Below are positions 7,699 to 12,247 of a stretch of DNA of 12,247 nt, one piece after another. Both the position numbers and the translations under genes were made by a program. This stretch comes from Nitrospirota bacterium (GTDB taxonomy: Bacteria; Nitrospirota; UBA9217). A model generated the notes under the pieces. It had not been told where the DNA came from and made no database searches. It worked only from the letters and a program-made list of their open reading frames with translations. The stretch's first letter is position 1. Each line of letters begins with the position of its first letter. The stretch lies in the NCBI GenBank assembly GCA_035623825.1, contig DASPSR010000037.1:1-12247 (forward strand), written 5' to 3'.

Positions 7699-8565
7699 AT
7701 GCAAGTTCGTGGATTGGTCATAATCGGGTCATGTCTTATCGCGCTATTAATCATAGTGTCAGAACCTGAAGGTATCTTCGCGGAAACAACACAGCAGAAG
7801 AAGATCATGCTTGCAAGCACTATCGGCCCCATTGATGCCGGGATCGTCGGCGCGCTGGAAGAGGCATTCACGAAGAAGACCGGCATTGTAGTCGAGCACA
7901 CCGGCGCCGGCACGGGCAAGGCCATCCAACTGGCAGAGACCGGAAGGTATGACCTGCTGCTCGTGCATGCGAAGGCCCTGGAGGAGAAGTTCGTTGCCGA
8001 CGGTCTCGGCACCAAGCGATACGATTTGATGTACAACGATTTCGTCATTCTCGGCCCGGCGTCCGATCCTGCGAAGGTCAATGGCATGAAGGACGCTGCC
8101 GCAGCACTCAAGAAGATTTCGGAAGCGAAAGCGCCGTTTGTGACGCGGGGAGACAAGTCCGGTACACACGTAAAGGAGCTTGAGGTCTGGAAGAAAACAG
8201 GCATCGCGCCGCAGGGCGCTTGGTACCAGGTCTTCCCCGAGGGCGCCAAGGGCAACGTCCCGACTCTTGCCTTCACGAACGAGAAACAGGCCTATACGGT
8301 CATGGACCGCGCGACGTACATCACCATGAAGAAGAAAATCGCGCTTCAAATTCTCGTTGAAGGGGACGACGTGCTGGTGAACTACATGACGCTCATTCCA
8401 GTGAGCCCGGCAAAGTTCCCGCAGGTTCACCATAAGGAAGCAATGCAGTTCGTCGAGTGGCTGCAGGGCAGGGAGGCGCAAATCATCATTCGCGACTTTG
8501 GCAAGGACAAGTACGGTGAACCATTGTTCTTCCCCAACTCACCGGAGGGGAATAAGCTGCAGTAA
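7699..8565 (+). CDS. tupA: TupA-like tungstate/oxyanion ABC substrate-binding protein (atypical motif)
   Basis: N-terminal signal sequence; GAGTGKAI, DLLLVHA, MYNDFVILGPASDPA, FVTRGDKSGTHVKE, AYTVMDRATY and YGEPLFFP are TupA signatures. ASTIGPIDAG replaces the usual ATTTS..DSG. ATG at 7699 follows GAGGA. Confidence 0.85.
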   Translation: MQVRGLVIIGSCLIALLIIVSEPEGIFAETTQQKKIMLASTIGPIDAGIVGALEEAFTKKTGIVVEHTGAGTGKAIQLAETGRYDLLLVHAKALEEKFVADGLGTKRYDLMYNDFVILGPASDPAKVNGMKDAAAALKKISEAKAPFVTRGDKSGTHVKELEVWKKTGIAPQGAWYQVFPEGAKGNVPTLAFTNEKQAYTVMDRATYITMKKKIALQILVEGDDVLVNYMTLIPVSPAKFPQVHHKEAMQFVEWLQGREAQIIIRDFGKDKYGEPLFFPNSPEGNKLQ

Positions 8566-8581
8566 ATAACGATTCCTACGG

Positions 8582-8648
8582 TTGGCACGGACCGGTGTTT
8601 ATGCGAGGAATACTCCCAGGATTTCTCGACATAACCGGTTCGTGCCGG
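8582..8648 (+). repeat. Long imperfect inverted repeat (RNA hairpin) downstream of tupA; possible terminator or leader structure
   Basis: TTGGCACGGACCGGT..TATG.CGAGGAAT pairs with ATTTCTCGACATAACCGGTTCGTGCCGG around a 9-nt loop. The substitutions are G-U compatible on the + strand. Followed by ATTTTAT. Confidence 0.65.
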
Positions 8649-8709
8649 ATTTTATGGCCAACAGAAAGCCAAGGGTCGAAGTAAGGCCGGCATGGGGAGG
8701 AGCTATATA

Positions 8710-9033
8710 ATGGGAAATAACGCAATAGCGTCGCAGCCTGATGTAGAGAAGATAAGTAAGCTGATTACTGCAATCTCGGAATATGCGGTAAAGAGTGCGC
8801 GCGAACAGTGGGCCCAACATATGTCCTCTGTATATCTTCCACCTCGTCTACGTTGCTGGGATGAATGCGCTTGGTTCGAACTTGCAAGGGACTGGGAGGT
8901 TGTCAATTACCTTCTTTCTGATTTAGCTAGCGCCTGGGTATTAATGAGAAGCCTGCACTTCTGCCTTCAGTGGTATGGACAGAACGAAATTGATAGACTT
9001 CAGTGTATGAAAATTGCAAGTTTAAAAGAATAG
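8710..9033 (+). CDS. Hypothetical protein (107 aa), possibly the 5' part of a frameshifted gene
   Basis: Strong SD GGAGGAG (8696-8702) 7 nt before ATG 8710. Trp-rich, helical-looking sequence with no recognised motif. Confidence 0.45.
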   Translation: MGNNAIASQPDVEKISKLITAISEYAVKSAREQWAQHMSSVYLPPRLRCWDECAWFELARDWEVVNYLLSDLASAWVLMRSLHFCLQWYGQNEIDRLQCMKIASLKE

Positions 9034-9160
9034 AAAAAAGATACCATACATTCAAAAAATCCTTGAAGGATACCTTGTTGCTTGTGTGACTGCTACAGAC
9101 ACATGCCTGCCTGGTTGCACGAAGCGCTGAAACAGGCTGAAGATACTTTCACTGCGAACA

Positions 9161-9169
9161 TGATATAAT
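9161..9169 (+). promoter_or_regulatory. Extended -10 element, candidate promoter for the small ORF-mop-modABC unit
   Basis: TGATATAAT is a perfect TGnTATAAT about 100 nt upstream of the 9268 ORF. No good -35 is present. Confidence 0.4.
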
Positions 9170-9267
9170 TAGTTAGGATGATAGTTCTCATAGTCCTACG
9201 CGACAGGAGAGCTGGTGGATCTGGTCAACATTATTGAATGTAATCCTGGAAGGAAGGTTTAATAAAA

Positions 9268-9432
9268 ATGTTTATCAATGTGCTCTTATTCAGCGTTATC
9301 GTGGTCATTATTAGCGCTTTGATTTTTAAGAGACGCGATAAGATGGACGGTGCGGAAATCGCCACATATGTAGTGATCATTGCTTGGGGATCGTTCTGGT
9401 GGGGTTTCATGCTGTCGAAATGCGCAAGATAG
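9268..9432 (+). CDS. Small membrane protein (54 aa, two predicted TM helices), absent from the ORF track
   Basis: MFINVLLFSVIVVIISALIFKRRDKMDGAEIATYVVIIAWGSFWWGFMLSKCAR*. GGAAGGAAGG upstream; the stop is 24 nt before the mop start. Confidence 0.65.
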   Translation: MFINVLLFSVIVVIISALIFKRRDKMDGAEIATYVVIIAWGSFWWGFMLSKCAR

Positions 9433-9456
9433 CGCTCAACGAGGAGGAGGGACACC

Positions 9457-9663
9457 ATGAAATTAAGCACACGAAATCAAATCAAGGGCAAGGTCATTGA
9501 GGTCGTAAAAGGTAATGTTGCGGCAAAAGTGAAGATCGATATTGGTGGTGGGAATATGATCACTTCTACAATCACGGTCGAAGCCGTGAATGACCTCAAG
9601 TTGGAAAAGGGTGATGAGGTTATTGCTCTCATAAAAGCCAGCAGTGTCATGATCGGCAAGTAG
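9457..9663 (+). CDS. mop: Molybdate/tungstate-binding Mop (molbindin, single TOBE domain) protein
   Basis: MKLSTRNQIKGKV...G.V.AKVKIDIGGG..ITSTIT.EAV.DL.L..GDEV.ALIKASSVMI, 68 aa; SD AGGAGG. Confidence 0.95.
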   Translation: MKLSTRNQIKGKVIEVVKGNVAAKVKIDIGGGNMITSTITVEAVNDLKLEKGDEVIALIKASSVMIGK

Positions 9664-9742
9664 TTGGTTGCCCGAACGAAATTGATCGGGAGATTGTACC
9701 TGAATAGAGATTAGAGGCGAATTAATACTGTGGAGGATGGTC

Positions 9743-10516
9743 ATGAAAAAAATAGGGGGGCTTGTTTTGTTTATGGCTGTCCTCTGTTGGATAATCTCAT
9801 CATATGCATTTGCCGGGTCAACAAAAGAGATAACAATATCAGCGGCAATAAGCCTGAAGAATGCTTTCGAGGAAATCGGCAAACTCTACGAGTCACGACA
9901 GGGAACAACATGCGTCTTTAATTTCGGTGCCTCCGGAGACCTCATGAAACAAATTGCTGGAGGCGCTCCTGTGGATGTCTTTGCATCAGCAGCGCAAAAG
10001 GACATGGACGAAGCTGACAAGCAGGGATTTATTATTACAGCTACTCGCACAAACTTTGCTGCTAACAGCGTCGTTCTGATAGTCCCCTCAGGAGCAAAGA
10101 CATCGCTCAAAAACTTCGAAGGCCTGGGTGCGGCGGATATCAAGAAGATCGCCCTCGGAAATCCAAAAACTGTCCCAGCCGGTCGATATGCGGAAGAAGT
10201 TTTTAACTTTTATCAAATACTATCTGCCATAAAGGATAAATTCATATTTGCGGAGAATGTGCGGCAGGTACTCGACTACGTTGCGCGGGGCGAAGTTGAC
10301 GCCGGTGTCGTGTATGCCACAGACGCAGCATCACGATCGAAAGAAATCGAGATCATCGCTACCGCCCCAGAAGCTAGCCATAAGCCGGTTGTATACCCTA
10401 TCGCCGCCGTAAAGGGGACAAAGAGCGAGGCTGACGCAAGAGCATTCATCTCGCTGGTTCTGTCGCATGAAGGCCAGAAAATCTTGCAGGAGCACGGTTT
10501 TAGATCCAGTAAATAG
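9743..10516 (+). CDS. modA: Molybdate ABC transporter substrate-binding protein
   Basis: Signal peptide, SAAISL, FNFGASGDL, GAPVDVFASA, GNPKTVPAGRYA, ENVRQVLDYVARGEVDAGVVYATDA. ATG 9743 is better spaced from GGAGG (9732-9736) than ATG 9737. Confidence 0.96.
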   Translation: MKKIGGLVLFMAVLCWIISSYAFAGSTKEITISAAISLKNAFEEIGKLYESRQGTTCVFNFGASGDLMKQIAGGAPVDVFASAAQKDMDEADKQGFIITATRTNFAANSVVLIVPSGAKTSLKNFEGLGAADIKKIALGNPKTVPAGRYAEEVFNFYQILSAIKDKFIFAENVRQVLDYVARGEVDAGVVYATDAASRSKEIEIIATAPEASHKPVVYPIAAVKGTKSEADARAFISLVLSHEGQKILQEHGFRSSK

Positions 10517-10523
10517 GACCTCC

Positions 10524-11189
10524 ATGGAAAGCTCAGTACTTTTTTCCATACGGCTCTCATTACAGGTGGCGACTGTGTCAACGGCGCTGATCATCCTTAC
10601 GGGGATACCGGTCGCTTACGTTCTTGCACGAAGAGACTTCAGGGGCAGGGAACTGATTGACGTGCTCTTCACTCTACCCCTGGTGCTTCCTCCTACAGTC
10701 ATCGGTTACTATCTTATCGTACTCTTTGGTAGAAACGGCTTCCTCGGCAGGTTTCTCTATGACTGGACGGGGTGGAGTGTCATGTTCACCTGGTATGCGG
10801 CCGTCCTTGCTTCCTATGTAGTAGCGTTGCCCCTGATGATAAAAACCACAAGGGCAGCAATCGAATCTGTTGACAAGAACCTCATCAATGCATCTTACAC
10901 CCTTGGGCATACCGAATTTAAAACTGCATGGAAAGTCATTCTTCCTCTTGCAAAGCGCGGCATTATTGCAGGCACTGTTCTGTCATTTGCTCGTGCCATG
11001 GGCGAATTCGGGGCAACGCTCATGCTTGCAGGAAACTTACCGGGTCGGACCGATACCATGCCCCTTGCGATTTACAGCCTTGCGGGAAGCGGAGAATGGA
11101 CTAGGGCTCATCTTATGGTTGTCTTGATGACCTTGACGTCCGGCGGCTTTCTCTACATAGCTAATAGATATGCAAAAAGGATCATCTGA
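10524..11189 (+). CDS. modB: Molybdate ABC transporter permease
   Basis: LPLVLPPTVIGYYL, FARAMGEFGATLMLAGNLPGRTDTMPLAIY and several TM segments. ATG at 10524 is 7 nt after the modA stop. Confidence 0.96.
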   Translation: MESSVLFSIRLSLQVATVSTALIILTGIPVAYVLARRDFRGRELIDVLFTLPLVLPPTVIGYYLIVLFGRNGFLGRFLYDWTGWSVMFTWYAAVLASYVVALPLMIKTTRAAIESVDKNLINASYTLGHTEFKTAWKVILPLAKRGIIAGTVLSFARAMGEFGATLMLAGNLPGRTDTMPLAIYSLAGSGEWTRAHLMVVLMTLTSGGFLYIANRYAKRII

Positions 11190-11965
11190 TGGGACTGTAC
11201 GTAAAGCTTCAGAAGAAAGTTAATGGCTTTACCCTTAACGTAGAATGGCAGATCATCAACGAACTGGCTGTCCTCTTTGGTTCTTCGGGTGCGGGCAAGT
11301 CAATGACCCTTCAGATGATCACCGGTCTCTTAAAGCCTGACAAGGGACAGGTGAGTCTTGACAATATCCAGTATTTTGACAGCACTAGTGGGATTGATTT
11401 CCCTCCGCAGGAGCGACCTCTCGGCTATGTGTTTCAAGATCTAGCGCTTTTTCCCCACATGACGGTTTTGCAGAACATTCTTTATGGTGCTCCACGTCTT
11501 TCTAAAAAAGAAAAGCTGGACAGGGCGCGCCACATGATCGATACATTTAAACTTACGGGGCTTGATGACCGATACCCTAATGAGATATCGGGCGGACAAA
11601 AACAGCGGGTTGCATTTGCACGTACATTGATCCGACAGCCGAAGGCGCTTTTGCTGGATGAACCGTTCTCCTCACTTGACCGTCCTCTTCGCCTTGAGAT
11701 GAGGCGATTCCTGAGGGATGTTAGAGAAAACTTCAACATTCCCGCCCTTCTGGTAACTCATGATTTTGAAGAAGCGGCTGCACTCTCGGACAAAATAATC
11801 GTTTACGAACATGGCAAAACCGTTCAGATTGATTCACCGGAAAAAATCAAGAACTGCCCTGCAAACAGCTATGTTTCACAGCTTATTGCAGGGGATGATG
11901 GCGATGAATATGATGAAAAAACACAAAGAGCAAATCTATCGGACATGGAGAGACTGCGCAGCTGA
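11189..11965 (+). CDS. modC: Molybdate ABC transporter ATP-binding protein (no C-terminal TOBE domain)
   Basis: Walker A GSSGAGKS, Q-loop YVFQDLALFPHMTV, signature ISGGQKQR, Walker B LLLDEPFS, H-loop VTHD. TGATG overlap with modB; 258 aa. Confidence 0.95.
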   Translation: MGLYVKLQKKVNGFTLNVEWQIINELAVLFGSSGAGKSMTLQMITGLLKPDKGQVSLDNIQYFDSTSGIDFPPQERPLGYVFQDLALFPHMTVLQNILYGAPRLSKKEKLDRARHMIDTFKLTGLDDRYPNEISGGQKQRVAFARTLIRQPKALLLDEPFSSLDRPLRLEMRRFLRDVRENFNIPALLVTHDFEEAAALSDKIIVYEHGKTVQIDSPEKIKNCPANSYVSQLIAGDDGDEYDEKTQRANLSDMERLRS

Positions 11966-12247
11966 TTGAGGTCATTATATGTTTCAACCAGAAATGTGCG
12001 GCATAGTGAACCGGCCGCCGATGCATATTAGTAGGTGTAGGCGACGGTGATATAAATGCCAAATAATAATAATTTCCAAAAGAACTATTGACTGTTTACA
12101 AAGACAGCAACTCCAACATTACAGGAAATAATCATTATCTTGTCAGATTAAATTGTTTGAAGGTTAGTGGATGAAAGATACTTACGAGTTATCTTTACGA
12201 CCAGTGTTAATGCAATACTGTTCACCACAATTTGATACGAAGAAGGT

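Noticed and set aside
7569-8481. Long minus-strand ORFs (235 and 240 aa) opposite tupA, and similar antisense ORFs opposite the hydrolase, crotonase, fdh and mod genes
   Set aside because: Shadow frames of codon-biased + strand genes, with no motifs of their own.
8581-8662. Integron attC site (GTTGGC...GCCAAC)
   Set aside because: The core sites are in the wrong order for attC (RYYYAAC...GTTRRRY), and there is no integrase or cassette array.
9294-9316. ModE-box-like CGTTAT-N11-TTAGCG upstream of mop
   Set aside because: One base shorter than the 24-bp box, imperfect right arm, and inside the 54-aa ORF. Not excluded but unsupported.
8566-9456. Canonical Moco/Tuco riboswitch
   Set aside because: I could not find its characteristic conserved segments by eye. 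An Rfam scan would be needed to exclude it fully.
11966-12247. AT-rich tail as a gene, terminator or repeat array
   Set aside because: No convincing ORF, hairpin plus U-tract or periodic repeat is visible.
1-12247. CRISPR array, tRNA/rRNA, transposase or integrase
   Set aside because: No regularly spaced direct repeats, cloverleaf/rRNA signatures or recombinase motifs were seen.

Overview
Bacterial window with every recognisable gene on the + strand, in two blocks. Block 1 (about 500-3490, visibly GC-richer up to about 2950) is a partly decayed hydrolase cluster: an intact secreted-type alpha/beta hydrolase, an enoyl-CoA hydratase/isomerase whose best start is a non-canonical ATA, a DUF302 protein, and three hydrolase remnants that keep a ribosome-binding site and start but have lost their middles. 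Block 2 (about 3690-11965) is a Mo/W-selenium formate-metabolism locus. It has an HTH-only ModE with a ModE-type operator over its own promoter and a selenocysteine formate dehydrogenase alpha subunit, which the ORF track splits in two at an in-frame UGA followed by an fdhF-type SECIS. Next come a translationally coupled FmdE zinc-finger protein, an internally deleted modC-like remnant and an orphan TupA-like binding protein with an atypical anion-binding motif. The block ends with an unknown ORF behind a structured leader, an unannotated 54-aa two-helix membrane protein, a stand-alone Mop (TOBE) protein and modABC. All calls come from motif recognition by eye; no searches were run.
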